This document shows, piece after piece, positions 19,044 to 28,950 of a DNA stretch of 64,000 bases. The notes beneath the pieces were generated by a model. The model did not search any database, had not been told where the DNA came from, and was given only the letters and a program-made list of their open reading frames with translations. Made by a program: the position numbers and the translations under genes. How positions within the stretch are numbered: the first letter of the stretch is position 1; every line of letters starts with the position of its first letter. Source of the stretch: an uncultured Ignavibacteria bacterium (GTDB lineage: Bacteria > Zixibacteria > MSB-5A5 > CAIYYT01); contig CAZFNN010000001.1 in NCBI GenBank assembly GCA_964520555.1, positions 393,761 to 457,760 of the forward strand. Direction: 5' to 3'.

Positions 19044-20633
19044 CTACTCCAGAAAAACGAGATGATGGACCTTGCTGTTGCAGTCCACCGCCTGCAGTAG
19101 TCGGTCGATGATGCCGTGCCCATACTTCGCCATGTAATAGATGAGCGGGAAACAGCGCTCCTGCAGCTTGCCGTGGGGGTAAAGGTTGAACCCCACGCGC
19201 TCGATTTGCGCCCGCAGCGTCTGGTTCCTCTTGCGGTGCGCTTGAAACACTTTCTCTTCGAGATTCTTGATCTCCAAATCCAGCTTGCCGGCAATGCGAT
19301 TGGCGTTGGTGATCAGCCCATGATCCGACTGGTCGAGCCGCGCCGCAATTTCGTCCATCCGGCGGCGCACCTCCTCCCGCAACGACACAAAACCTTGCTC
19401 AAAGTCCCCCGGGAAAGTCCGCAGCAGGATTTCGTTGATCAGTTGATTAACGTCGCCGAATGTCTGCTCCACACCGATCTCCAACTTCTCCAGCAGCCGC
19501 GCGATCGCCGGCTCGATGATCGTCGCCGAAAAGCGGGGATAGATGATTGGCGGCTCCTCGCCATACAGCTCGAACAGATCGCGAATCTGGCTGAAGTACG
19601 CGGCTTCCGCCGGACCGGCAAAATATACCAGTGTCGGGAAGATGTGGCTTTGCACGATCGCGCGCAAAAACACATTCGGCGAAAACAACGCCGGCGCCCG
19701 TTCCAGTATCGTCGCCAGTTCGGCACGCCTGTACGCCTTGCCGTCGATCGTGAATCCGCCCGGCGCCAGATCGATGCGCGTTCGTTTGCCGTTATAATAA
19801 AACAGATTCGAGTAGCCGCCGGGACGCGCCACCTGCAAATGATAGCCCTGCGCTTCCAACCGGCGATTCCGTCCCTCGATCAGTTGCGCCGCCTGCTCGC
19901 CCAACTCCAGTTCGCGTCGAAACACCGGCAGCGCCATCTCGCGAAATTCCGGATCACTCGGATCGACAAAGATCAGGCCGCTGTCGTGAAACACCCGGCT
20001 CATCAGCCGGCCGAACGCGGTCACAATTGAAGTGCCCGGCTGGTAACATCGGCGCAATTGCTCCATGAGCTCCGCCCGAAATTCCGACTGTGGCAGCGCT
20101 TGCTCGAGTTCGTCCAACAACGTGTTGATCCCGGCATCCAGATCGATCGCGCCCATCGGCTGCCCGGACACATCACCCAGCGGCCGGTAAATCAGCTCGC
20201 GTAGCGTATTCTCCGGAGTCGGCATCTGCAGTCGCGCAACTTCATCAAAATCGGCATCATCGGCCGCCATCCAGAAAATCGGCACTACCCGGCCGTCCAG
20301 CTTGCGGCAATTACTCGCCGCCAGCTTGACCGCCAACGCCGCCTTGTAAAACACAAACAGCGGCCCGCCGCACAGCGTCACTTGCTGCCCGGTAAAGACC
20401 GCCGAAGTGCTTCGATCCAACAGGCTGTGGATATTCTCGATCGTCCGCGGTCCGGCGCCGTACGCCTGATTCTGCCGCAACAGCACCGGGACGATGCGCT
20501 CGCGCTGGTAGGAACGCCGAACAACGCGCTCCTGCACCTGCCGGAGCGCGTCGTCGGAATTGAAATCGTAATGGAAATATTCCGCAGTCTTGCCGGCCAG
20601 GTAGTCCAGGAACAACTTCCGACTACCCGGCAT
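19044..20633 (-). CDS. bshC: Bacillithiol biosynthesis cysteine-adding enzyme BshC
   Basis: About 530-560 aa with BshC-family length and composition. I placed the start at the internal Met (MPGSRKLFLDYLAG…) so it does not overlap the RND gene stop at 20644. The track ORF extends to 20732. Confidence 0.6.
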   Translation of the reverse strand: MPGSRKLFLDYLAGKTAEYFHYDFNSDDALRQVQERVVRRSYQRERIVPVLLRQNQAYGAGPRTIENIHSLLDRSTSAVFTGQQVTLCGGPLFVFYKAALAVKLAASNCRKLDGRVVPIFWMAADDADFDEVARLQMPTPENTLRELIYRPLGDVSGQPMGAIDLDAGINTLLDELEQALPQSEFRAELMEQLRRCYQPGTSIVTAFGRLMSRVFHDSGLIFVDPSDPEFREMALPVFRRELELGEQAAQLIEGRNRRLEAQGYHLQVARPGGYSNLFYYNGKRTRIDLAPGGFTIDGKAYRRAELATILERAPALFSPNVFLRAIVQSHIFPTLVYFAGPAEAAYFSQIRDLFELYGEEPPIIYPRFSATIIEPAIARLLEKLEIGVEQTFGDVNQLINEILLRTFPGDFEQGFVSLREEVRRRMDEIAARLDQSDHGLITNANRIAGKLDLEIKNLEEKVFQAHRKRNQTLRAQIERVGFNLYPHGKLQERCFPLIYYMAKYGHGIIDRLLQAVDCNSKVHHLVFLE

Positions 20634-20643
20634 TTGCTCGAAT

Positions 20644-23600
20644 CTAATTATGGACGTCGACTGCAACTTGGCTCTTACCGCGAACTTTTCGGACCAGATC
20701 ATCCAGCAAAGTATATACGACTGGTACGACAACCAGCGTTAATCCGGTTGAAGTTATCAGGCCGCCGATCACCGCCCGCGCGATGCCGGCGCGCAGCTCC
20801 GCACCCGGCCCGATTCCCAGCGCCAGCGGCAACATACCAAAGATCATCGCCGCCGTCGTCATAATGATCGGTCGCAGTCGCACCGAACTGGCCTTTACGA
20901 ACGCCTCGGTCCGCGGCGTCCCCCGCCGCAGATCCTGCTTGGCGAAATCCACCAACAGGATCGCATTCTTGGTCACCAGTCCCATCAACATCACAATTCC
21001 GATCAGCGACATGATCGAAATCGAACTCCCCAGCAAAAGCAGCCCGAGAAACGCTCCCAGCAGCGACATCGGCAACGACAACATGATCGCAAACGGGTCG
21101 GTCAAACTTTCAAACTGCGAGGCCAGTACGAAATAGATCAGGATAACCGCCAGGAACAGGGCCTCGATGATATAGCCGAACGACTCCGCCTGAATCTCCG
21201 CCTCTCCGGTGGCATAGATGCGATATCCCGGCGGCGTCGGAATTTGCTCGGCCTTCGCCATCGCGTCGGCGCGCACGTCACCGGCAAACCGTCCGGAGTT
21301 GTTTGCGGAGATGGTAATCGTCTTCATCCGGTCATAGCGCGATAACTCCGCCACGGCGCTCGCCTCCGCGAAGTTCGCCACATGGCTCAGTGGGAACTGC
21401 CGTCCTTTCTCGCCGTCGACCTCCTTCGAGGACGGGATCAGGATGCGCGACAGATCGGATAAGTCATTGCGGTCCTCCGGGCGCAGCCGCAGCCGCACAT
21501 CGGCCTGCCGGTCGCCCTCCTGGAACTTCAGTGGCACCACACCGTTGACCAGGTACCGCGAGGCTAACGCAATCTGCGACACATTTAAACCCAGATCGGC
21601 GATCTTTTCCCGATCCAGCGATACCTGCAGTTCCGGTTTGCCCTCACCCAACGAGTTATCCACCTCCACTGCCCCGGGCGTGGCTCGCACCGAGTCCTCG
21701 ACCATCGCCGCCAGCGCGGTCAACTGCTCCATCCGCTCGCCGGCCACCGAGATCTCCACCGGCGCGCCACCGCCACCGCCGCCCGAGTTCTCGCTCGAAA
21801 AACTCAACCGCAATCCGGGATACGCAGCCAATTCTTTCCGTAGCGCATCGATCACCTCGAATGATGAGCGTTCGCGCTTGTCCAGTTCCACCATCCGCAC
21901 CGTAATTGTGCCTTCGTTGTCCGGACTGATACCGGAACCGATTGTCGTATAGACATCCTGAATCTCCGGATAGGTACGGATGACCTGCTCCACGCCCGCC
22001 GTCAGCGTCGCCGTGCCGTCCAGACTCGTGCCGGGCGCCGACTTCACGGCCACGAAGAACTCGCCGCGATCGTACTCCGGGATAAACTCCGTGCCGATCA
22101 GCGGCACCAGCATCAAGCTGCCGACGAAGGTCAACAGCGCCGCCGCCACCACCACTCCGCGATGCGTCAGTGCGTAACGTACGGCAATTTGCAGATAGTC
22201 GTTCAGTCGCTCAAACAAGTTGTTCCACCAGTTGGTGAACCGGTAAATCGGATTCTTCGTCGCCTTGTGAAACTCATGCTCGCCCTTCAGCCAGCGCGAC
22301 GACAGCATCGGCGTCAGCGTGAAGGCGACAAACAGCGAGACCGCCACCGACACCGCCACTGTGATGCCAAACGCATAGAAGAATCGCCCGACGATCCCCT
22401 TCATGAACGCCACCGGCACGAACACCACGATAATCGTGAACGTCGTCGCCAGCACCGCCAGCGCAATCTCACTCGTGGCGTCGTAAGCCGCTTCTCTCGG
22501 TTGCTTGCCGTACGCGGAATGCCGGTAGATATTTTCGATAACGACAATGGCATCGTCAATCAACAGTCCCACCGCCAGCGACAACGCCAGCAGCGTCATG
22601 AAATTCAATGTGAAGTTCAGCGCCCCCATGAACAGGAACGTCGCGATGATGGAAGTCGGAATCGCGATCGCCGAAATGATCGTCGCGCGCGTGTCCGCCA
22701 GGAAGAAGAAGATCACGATGACCGCGAGAATGCCGCCGTAGATGATGTTGACCACGACGTCATGCACCGCCTCTTCCGTGAACTTCGAATTGTCGGTCGC
22801 AATCACGATTTCGACGTCCTTCGGCAATTGCTGCCGCAACTCTGCCAGCCGCGCCTTCACCTCTGCCGCCACGTCGACGACATTGGCGCCCGATTGCTTG
22901 ACCAGCGCCAGTCCAACGGCGCGCCGCCCGTTTAACCGCGAAATCGACTCGATCTCCTTGGTGGTGTCCTTGACGGTCGCGATATCGCGCAACAACACCT
23001 GTACCCCGCGCTCGGTCTTGACGACCGTATTGGCGATCTGGTCAACCGTGACATACTTGCCCAGCGTGCGGATCGAGAAGTCGCGGTCCCCGCGCTCCAG
23101 CTTGCCGGCCGGCAGCTCCAGACTCGCGGCCTGCACTCGGCCCTGCACTTCGAAGATTGACAAATTGTAGGCTTCCAACGCCGTCAGATCCAGCTCGACC
23201 AGAATTTCCCGCTCCTCGCCGCCGATCAACTCGACGTTGCCGACACCGCGAATATTCTCCAGCGCCTTCTTGATATCCTCCCGCGCAATCAGCGTCAACT
23301 CGCGCGCCGACCGGTCGCCGGAGACCGCCAGTGAGATGATCGGGATCGACATCGGGTCAAACTTCTGAATTACCGGCTCTTCCATGTCGTCGGGCAAATC
23401 ACGGCGGATCCCGGCAATCTTCTCGCGCACATCCTGTGCCGCGACGTCGTCATTCACCTCCAGCTCAAACTCGGCGAACGTAAACGCATACCCCTCGTAC
23501 GATTTGGAGGTAATATGCCGGACGCCCGACACCGTGTTCATCGCGTCCTCGATCTTGGTCACGATCTCCGTCTCCATCGTCTCCGGCGATGCGCCCGGAT

Positions 23601-23751
23601 ACGACACGGTCACAACCACGAACGGAAAATCGATATCAGGAAACATCTCGACGCTCAAATCGCGGTAGGCAAACAGCCCGAGCACGACTAGGGCCAGCGT
23701 GACCATGACCGTAAACACGGGACGGTTGATGGCTATCTTCGAGAGTATCAT
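20644..23751 (-). CDS. RND efflux transporter permease (AcrB/HAE1 family)
   Basis: 1035 aa. The N-terminus MILSKIAINRPVFTVMVTLALVVLGLFAYRDL…FPDIDFPFVVVTVSYPGASPETMETEI is canonical AcrB-like, with 12 TM segments and two large periplasmic loops. Confidence 0.85.
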   Translation of the reverse strand: MILSKIAINRPVFTVMVTLALVVLGLFAYRDLSVEMFPDIDFPFVVVTVSYPGASPETMETEIVTKIEDAMNTVSGVRHITSKSYEGYAFTFAEFELEVNDDVAAQDVREKIAGIRRDLPDDMEEPVIQKFDPMSIPIISLAVSGDRSARELTLIAREDIKKALENIRGVGNVELIGGEEREILVELDLTALEAYNLSIFEVQGRVQAASLELPAGKLERGDRDFSIRTLGKYVTVDQIANTVVKTERGVQVLLRDIATVKDTTKEIESISRLNGRRAVGLALVKQSGANVVDVAAEVKARLAELRQQLPKDVEIVIATDNSKFTEEAVHDVVVNIIYGGILAVIVIFFFLADTRATIISAIAIPTSIIATFLFMGALNFTLNFMTLLALSLAVGLLIDDAIVVIENIYRHSAYGKQPREAAYDATSEIALAVLATTFTIIVVFVPVAFMKGIVGRFFYAFGITVAVSVAVSLFVAFTLTPMLSSRWLKGEHEFHKATKNPIYRFTNWWNNLFERLNDYLQIAVRYALTHRGVVVAAALLTFVGSLMLVPLIGTEFIPEYDRGEFFVAVKSAPGTSLDGTATLTAGVEQVIRTYPEIQDVYTTIGSGISPDNEGTITVRMVELDKRERSSFEVIDALRKELAAYPGLRLSFSSENSGGGGGGAPVEISVAGERMEQLTALAAMVEDSVRATPGAVEVDNSLGEGKPELQVSLDREKIADLGLNVSQIALASRYLVNGVVPLKFQEGDRQADVRLRLRPEDRNDLSDLSRILIPSSKEVDGEKGRQFPLSHVANFAEASAVAELSRYDRMKTITISANNSGRFAGDVRADAMAKAEQIPTPPGYRIYATGEAEIQAESFGYIIEALFLAVILIYFVLASQFESLTDPFAIMLSLPMSLLGAFLGLLLLGSSISIMSLIGIVMLMGLVTKNAILLVDFAKQDLRRGTPRTEAFVKASSVRLRPIIMTTAAMIFGMLPLALGIGPGAELRAGIARAVIGGLITSTGLTLVVVPVVYTLLDDLVRKVRGKSQVAVDVHN

Positions 23752-23752
23752 A

Positions 23753-24772
23753 CTAATTCTTGTCCCTTACAATCGGGTACCCATCCGCCAAAAATCCCTG
23801 CCCCAAATAGACCACCTCGTCCCCCGCCTCGATACCGGAGAGAATCTGCACCGTCGTCTCGTTGTAGATCCCGACGCTCACCGTCCGCGCGTAGGCCGTG
23901 TCGTTCCTGACGATGTACAGCGACTGAACGCCCTCCTCCGAAATCAACGCCGCCTGCGGCACGCGCAAGGCGTTGTCGGAACTCGCAATCGCAAACCGGG
24001 CCTTGGCAAAGGTCCCCGGCATCAACCGGCCGCTCGAATTCGGAACTGCTACCTCGATCGTAAACGACCGGGTCTGAGGATCCGCCGCCGAGGAAATCCG
24101 CGTCACTTTGCAGCTGTCGATACTCTCCGCGCCGGCAATGCGTACGCTCCCGCTCATGCCGCTTTGGAATTGCCCCGCCAGGTTGGCCGGTACACCGAAC
24201 GACATCCGCAGCGTCTCGATGTTTGCCACCCGCGCGGCGATCGTCCCGACCCGCGGCACGTCGCCCACCTTCGGATTCAGTTCCACCAGCACGCCGTTGA
24301 TCGGCGAGGTCAGCTCCACCAGCTCTCGCGCCGCCCGAAAATTGGCCCGCGCCACTTCAAACTGGCTCTCGGCCGCGTCGAACGCCGATTCGCTGATCGC
24401 CTTCTCGTCGTACAAATACTTCATCTTGCGGTGATTCTTTTCCGCGTTGTCAAACGTCGCCTTGGCCTGGAAATACTGCGACGACGCCCCGCCCTTGTCG
24501 AGAAAGACAATCACGTCGCCCGCCTTCACGCGATCGCCGATCCGAAACGGCAGCTCGACCACCGCCTCTGACAGTCGCACTATGATATCCGCCTGCTTGA
24601 TCCCCTCCAGCCCCCCGGCGAATTCGCGCTCGGCTCTGATCGGACCGACCTCGGCCATGACCGTCTTGACCGGAATTGTCGGCAACGACGTCGCCGTCTC
24701 GCCGGAGTTCTTGCCGCACGATGTCAGAATCGCCGTCGCCGCGATTACCGGAAATATCAACCGCAGTCTCAT
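23753..24772 (-). CDS. RND efflux periplasmic adaptor (membrane fusion protein, HlyD/AcrA family), lipoprotein
   Basis: 339 aa, lipobox LTSCGK, lipoyl/beta-barrel MFP architecture. It lies between the TolC-like and RND genes, with a 1-nt gap to the RND gene. Confidence 0.75.
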   Translation of the reverse strand: MRLRLIFPVIAATAILTSCGKNSGETATSLPTIPVKTVMAEVGPIRAEREFAGGLEGIKQADIIVRLSEAVVELPFRIGDRVKAGDVIVFLDKGGASSQYFQAKATFDNAEKNHRKMKYLYDEKAISESAFDAAESQFEVARANFRAARELVELTSPINGVLVELNPKVGDVPRVGTIAARVANIETLRMSFGVPANLAGQFQSGMSGSVRIAGAESIDSCKVTRISSAADPQTRSFTIEVAVPNSSGRLMPGTFAKARFAIASSDNALRVPQAALISEEGVQSLYIVRNDTAYARTVSVGIYNETTVQILSGIEAGDEVVYLGQGFLADGYPIVRDKN

Positions 24773-26101
24773 CTATTGCTCCTTTAGCTCGTTGATCTGG
24801 TTGGCACCCGTGACGCGCAACAGTCGATACACTGCGAGCGCCGCGTCGTGGGTGGCTTGGACGTAGTTGGTGCGAGCCTGCGTCAGCGCTGTTTCCGAGG
24901 AGAGAATCTCCAGTTGCGTCCCGACGCCGTTCTGATAGCGAATGCGCGCGATGCGCAGCCCCTCTTCCGCTTGCTCGATCGTCTTGAGTTGCGTCTGCAG
25001 GCGTTCCGTCGCCTCGTTGTAGCTCAGAAACGCATCGCGCACCTGCAGCTCCACCTGATCGCGCAGCTTCTCGTAACTCAATTCGGCCTGAAGATTGTCC
25101 ACCTTGGCCTTCCGAACGCTTGCCTTGGTGGAGAAGCCGTTGAATATCGGAAACGAGAGATTGATCGTCGCTGTCCAGTTGGGCGACCACTTGTAGCCCT
25201 CCAAACCCAGGTCGTCCGACTGATAGCTCCAGCCATAATGACTGACGAAATCGAACTTCGGTGAGCGCTCCGCTTTGGCGATGCCGATGGCGCGCTGCGT
25301 GATCTCCGCCAGACGCTCCTGCCGCTGCAGCGCCGCGCGTCGCGTCAACGCCACTTCCAGCAACTGGTCGAACCGGTAACTCTGCTGCGCCAGGGTCGAA
25401 TCAAAGTCATAGCGCAGCGTCACCGCTTCGCGGCGGTCGGCCGCAATCAGATTTTCCAGAGCGTTCAGCGCCAGCGTCGTTTGATTCTGCGCCTGCAGAA
25501 GCTGCGGCTTCAGATTGGCCACCTCGACCTCGGCCCGCAACTTCTCGTACTCCGACACCACCCCCTGCGCCTGCATCTTGGCAATCATCTCCCGGTTCAG
25601 TTCCGCCGTCGCCAACGCGTCGCGATACACCGCCACCACATCCTGCGCCAAAATCGCATTCAAGAACGACTGCCGGACCGCGAACTTGATCTCCGCCTCG
25701 GCCTCCTGCACCGCTGCTTCGGTGTACTTACGGTACAGCCGCGCGATCTTGATCGCGCCCGCCACCTTGCCCCCCTGCCAGATCGGCTGCTTCAACGTCA
25801 GGCCGGCGCTGATGCTGTTGTCCGTGCCCAGCTTGAAACTCATCCCGCCGAATACCACTTCCGGTATCTCCAGGTTGCGCGTGTAGCTCGAACTGAAGCT
25901 CAAATCCGGTAGCGCCTCCGCCGTGGCGCGCTGAATCTCCGCCTGGGCTCGCTCCAGCTCTGCCCGCGCCATCAGATAGTCCTGGTTGTTCGCCAACGCC
26001 TCGTTGACCGCCTGCTCCAGCGTCAACTCCCGCCCCTGTCCGCTGGCCGCCAGACACGCCAGCATCAGGATCAGCGCGACTGCATAGGGTGTCTTCCTCA
26101 C
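24773..26101 (-). CDS. TolC-family outer-membrane efflux protein
   Basis: 442 aa. Signal peptide, then …LTLEQAVNEALANNQDYLMARAELERAQAEI… TolC repeat signature. It overlaps the TetR gene by 4 nt. Confidence 0.75.
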   Translation of the reverse strand: MRKTPYAVALILMLACLAASGQGRELTLEQAVNEALANNQDYLMARAELERAQAEIQRATAEALPDLSFSSSYTRNLEIPEVVFGGMSFKLGTDNSISAGLTLKQPIWQGGKVAGAIKIARLYRKYTEAAVQEAEAEIKFAVRQSFLNAILAQDVVAVYRDALATAELNREMIAKMQAQGVVSEYEKLRAEVEVANLKPQLLQAQNQTTLALNALENLIAADRREAVTLRYDFDSTLAQQSYRFDQLLEVALTRRAALQRQERLAEITQRAIGIAKAERSPKFDFVSHYGWSYQSDDLGLEGYKWSPNWTATINLSFPIFNGFSTKASVRKAKVDNLQAELSYEKLRDQVELQVRDAFLSYNEATERLQTQLKTIEQAEEGLRIARIRYQNGVGTQLEILSSETALTQARTNYVQATHDAALAVYRLLRVTGANQINELKEQ

Positions 26102-26709
26102 TTGTGGATTCCTTTCAAAATATCAGCCGCGGCACGGGTATCGGCATCAAGGGAATGCCCTCGTCCGTAAATCTGCCGCTCAATAATCACCTTGGCTATC
26201 GCCAGAAAACTCAGCGCCACAAAATGCGGATCGACCGCCCGGAATTCGCCGCATTCGATCCCGTGCGCAATATGCCGCGCAATCTCCTGCGCCAGATGCT
26301 CTTCGCCGTGCGGAACCACCCGGTTGAGCTTGAGCCGCCGATCCGGCCGCTCGACGAAAATAACCCGGTAATACTTGGGATTCGCGACGAAAAAGTCCAC
26401 AAATTCCTTGATCCCCCGCTGCGTTTTTTCATCGAATCCGCAGTCGCAGTGGGCAATTTGACCCATCTTCTCATGGAGCATGTCATGGCCGCGTTTCACC
26501 ACCGCCGCGTACAAATCGAGCTTCGACGGATACTGCCGGTAGATCGTCCCCTTGCCTATGCCCGCCTTCTCCGCGATCGCGTCGACATTGCACTCGTCGT
26601 ACCCAAACCGGGCAAACTCCTCCAGCGCTGCGTCGAGAATCATCTGTTGCCGGGCCGGCGCCGGCAGCACTTGGCGTTTCTTGCTCTTGCCTGGTGTCAT
26701 CTTACCCAT
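26098..26709 (-). CDS. TetR/AcrR-family transcriptional regulator
   Basis: N-terminal HTH …QMILDAALEEFARFGYDECNVDAIAEKAGIGKGTIYRQYPSKLDLY… It is the first gene of the efflux operon. Confidence 0.75.
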   Translation of the reverse strand: MGKMTPGKSKKRQVLPAPARQQMILDAALEEFARFGYDECNVDAIAEKAGIGKGTIYRQYPSKLDLYAAVVKRGHDMLHEKMGQIAHCDCGFDEKTQRGIKEFVDFFVANPKYYRVIFVERPDRRLKLNRVVPHGEEHLAQEIARHIAHGIECGEFRAVDPHFVALSFLAIAKVIIERQIYGRGHSLDADTRAAADILKGIHK

Positions 26710-26712
26710 TAG

Positions 26713-26730
26713 ACGGACTGGTCAGTCCGT
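26713..26730. promoter_or_regulatory. Candidate TetR operator: perfect 8-bp inverted repeat ACGGACTG-gt-CAGTCCGT
   Basis: It sits 4 to 21 nt upstream of the tetR start codon, in the 41-bp gap between corA and tetR. It is flanked by an A8/T8 tract. Confidence 0.4.
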
Positions 26731-26750
26731 TGGTTGCAAAAAAAAGAGCG

Positions 26751-27719
26751 TTAAATCCAGTTTTTTTTCTTGAAGAAGATCAACAGCCCCCCGATGACCG
26801 CCACAATCAACAGCACCGCAAAGGGATAGCCGAATTCCCATCGGAACTCCGGGATGCTCTCAAAATTCATTCCGTAGAACCCCACGATGAACGTCGCCGG
26901 TAGAAATAACGCTGACAAGATCGTGAGGAACTTGATCACATCGTTCGTTTTGGTCGAAACCATCGAAAAATACAGGTCCATCGCCGAATTGATCGAATCC
27001 CGTTGATTGTCCGCCGTCGAAATCATCACGTGCAGATGGTCGTTGATGTCGGAGAAATAAATCGCCGCCTTGGAGCTGATCACGTCGAACTTCTCCCGCG
27101 TAAACTGCGACATCACCTCCGACTGCGGCACAATCACCCGCCGGATGATTGACAAGTCGCGCCGAATCCGGAACATCCGCCGCAGCACCTTCTCGTCCGG
27201 ATCTTCAAACACCTGCGCCTCCACCAAATCGACTTCCTTTTCCAGTGTATTCAGCGCGCTGAAATAGGTGTCGACGATGTAGTCGACAATGGTGTGAAAC
27301 AGGAAATCCGCCCCTCGCGAAATCAATCGGCTGTCGCGCTGAATCCGCTGCAGCACCGTCTCCAACGAATTCACCGGGTGAAAGTGCACCGTCACCACCG
27401 CACTCTTCGTCAGGAACAACCCGATTCCCCGCGCTTCGATCTCGGTCTCCTGAATCGGCGGCCCCAGCACCTGCACGATGGTGAACAGGTAATTGTCGTA
27501 GTCGTCCACCTTGGGGTGCGACATTTCCGAAAGCACGTCTTCGATCGCCAGGGGATGGAACCGAAAATCAGAGGTCAGAACATACGACTCTTCGTCGCTC
27601 GGCGCGAACAAATCGACCCACAGCACCGCGTCCGGCCGCGCCATCAGCTTGCGGAAATCCTGCACCCCCTCGGAGTAGCTCAACCCGTCATCGGGCGTGT
27701 AATAAAACGACCTGATCAT
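26751..27719 (-). CDS. corA: Magnesium/cobalt transporter CorA
   Basis: 322 aa. C-terminal two TM helices with …FYGMNFESIPE… (GMN motif). Acidic N-terminal domain. Confidence 0.8.
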   Translation of the reverse strand: MIRSFYYTPDDGLSYSEGVQDFRKLMARPDAVLWVDLFAPSDEESYVLTSDFRFHPLAIEDVLSEMSHPKVDDYDNYLFTIVQVLGPPIQETEIEARGIGLFLTKSAVVTVHFHPVNSLETVLQRIQRDSRLISRGADFLFHTIVDYIVDTYFSALNTLEKEVDLVEAQVFEDPDEKVLRRMFRIRRDLSIIRRVIVPQSEVMSQFTREKFDVISSKAAIYFSDINDHLHVMISTADNQRDSINSAMDLYFSMVSTKTNDVIKFLTILSALFLPATFIVGFYGMNFESIPEFRWEFGYPFAVLLIVAVIGGLLIFFKKKNWI

Positions 27720-27846
27720 TGACCTACTCTCCTGCCGCCGGCAAATCCGCCCAAGCAGGTGCCGCCTGCGCCGTTGTGGTGCGCGCGACGCCCGTCTCGT
27801 GAAACCCCGTAATTAGACGGTTTCAACAGTGAAGTCAAGTTTGATT

Positions 27847-28863
27847 TCAGGGTACGTAGTGCGGTTCCTGCGCCTCCACCTCCACCTCTTTGCGCAGCGC
27901 GCGAAAGGTGACGTGATGGGTGAACAGGAAGTAGATCCCGATCGCAAAGACCGGCACGATATCCATGAAATGCAGCACCAGGCTGAAGGCTCCCGCCTCG
28001 GCCTTGGGCACGCCAAAGAACTCATGCAGCACGTTGATCACGATGAACTGGAACGACCCGATGTTCCCCGGCGAAATCGGAATTAACAGCAGGAACGAGT
28101 TGACGATCACCACGACCACCCCCGCCCACGCCGGCACCTCCAATTTGAACGCCATAATCAGCATCACGGCAATCATGACATGAAACAGCCACACCAGCGC
28201 CGAGTACCACGATACCTCGAGAATGCGCTTGACACTCTTGAGCGAGGCCATCCCGTTGATCATCGAGGTCGCCCACTGCTCCAGCTTCACGTACAGCTTG
28301 GGAAAACGCTTCCGAATTTTCGTCTTGCCGAAATACACCAACGCCCGCTGATTGCGCCAAATCAGGAAGACGATGATCAACAACAGCCCCACCGCCAGCG
28401 CGGCGTAAATCTCGGCCTGCCGAATCCACAACGGAAACTTGAAGATGAACGACGCCGCGTAGACCAGCACGATCAACGAAATCCCGTCAAACAAGACCTC
28501 CATCGCCACCGTCGTGAAGCAGAATGTCTTCGACAATCCCTCCTGTTTCGACAGCATCACGATCCGGCCCGCTTGTCCGGTCAGCGCCGGCAGCGACAAG
28601 TTGATCATCTGCCCGACGTGAAACAGCGCAAACACCCGCGTCCGCGTGATCGGCCGATAGTCGCGGATCAGCGCCCGCCATCGCATCCCCTTGGCCCAGT
28701 TCATCGCAATTGCGCACAGGAACGATGCCGCCAGATAGAGAAAATTGACTCCGGCCAGCGTCTGCCAGAGTTCATGCAAATTGATCTTGTAGAAGCTGAG
28801 GAATAACAGGCCGATGGCGATCACCACGCCGGCGGCTTTCTTCCAGTCGAAGTTAGCTTTCAA
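27847..28863 (-). CDS. Lysylphosphatidylglycerol-synthase-TM-like / flippase-like (UPF0104) membrane protein
   Basis: 338 aa, about 8 TM segments, no enzymatic C-terminal domain. The topology and motifs resemble LPG_synthase_TM family proteins. Confidence 0.5.
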   Translation of the reverse strand: MKANFDWKKAAGVVIAIGLLFLSFYKINLHELWQTLAGVNFLYLAASFLCAIAMNWAKGMRWRALIRDYRPITRTRVFALFHVGQMINLSLPALTGQAGRIVMLSKQEGLSKTFCFTTVAMEVLFDGISLIVLVYAASFIFKFPLWIRQAEIYAALAVGLLLIIVFLIWRNQRALVYFGKTKIRKRFPKLYVKLEQWATSMINGMASLKSVKRILEVSWYSALVWLFHVMIAVMLIMAFKLEVPAWAGVVVVIVNSFLLLIPISPGNIGSFQFIVINVLHEFFGVPKAEAGAFSLVLHFMDIVPVFAIGIYFLFTHHVTFRALRKEVEVEAQEPHYVP

Positions 28864-28950
28864 TACTCCCGCCTGATTGCGACGCGCTTGGAAGTGAGAA
28901 GATACCCCCTTCGCCGGCAGGTGTCAATAAAATCGGTGATCACCCGGCGC

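Noticed and set aside
26740-26775. A8 and T8 homopolymer tracts near the corA stop
   Set aside because: The T8 tract encodes the CorA C-terminal KKK (in-frame). The A8 is intergenic. There is no evidence of phase-variable function. The hairpin + U-tract order is wrong for a canonical terminator of either flanking gene.
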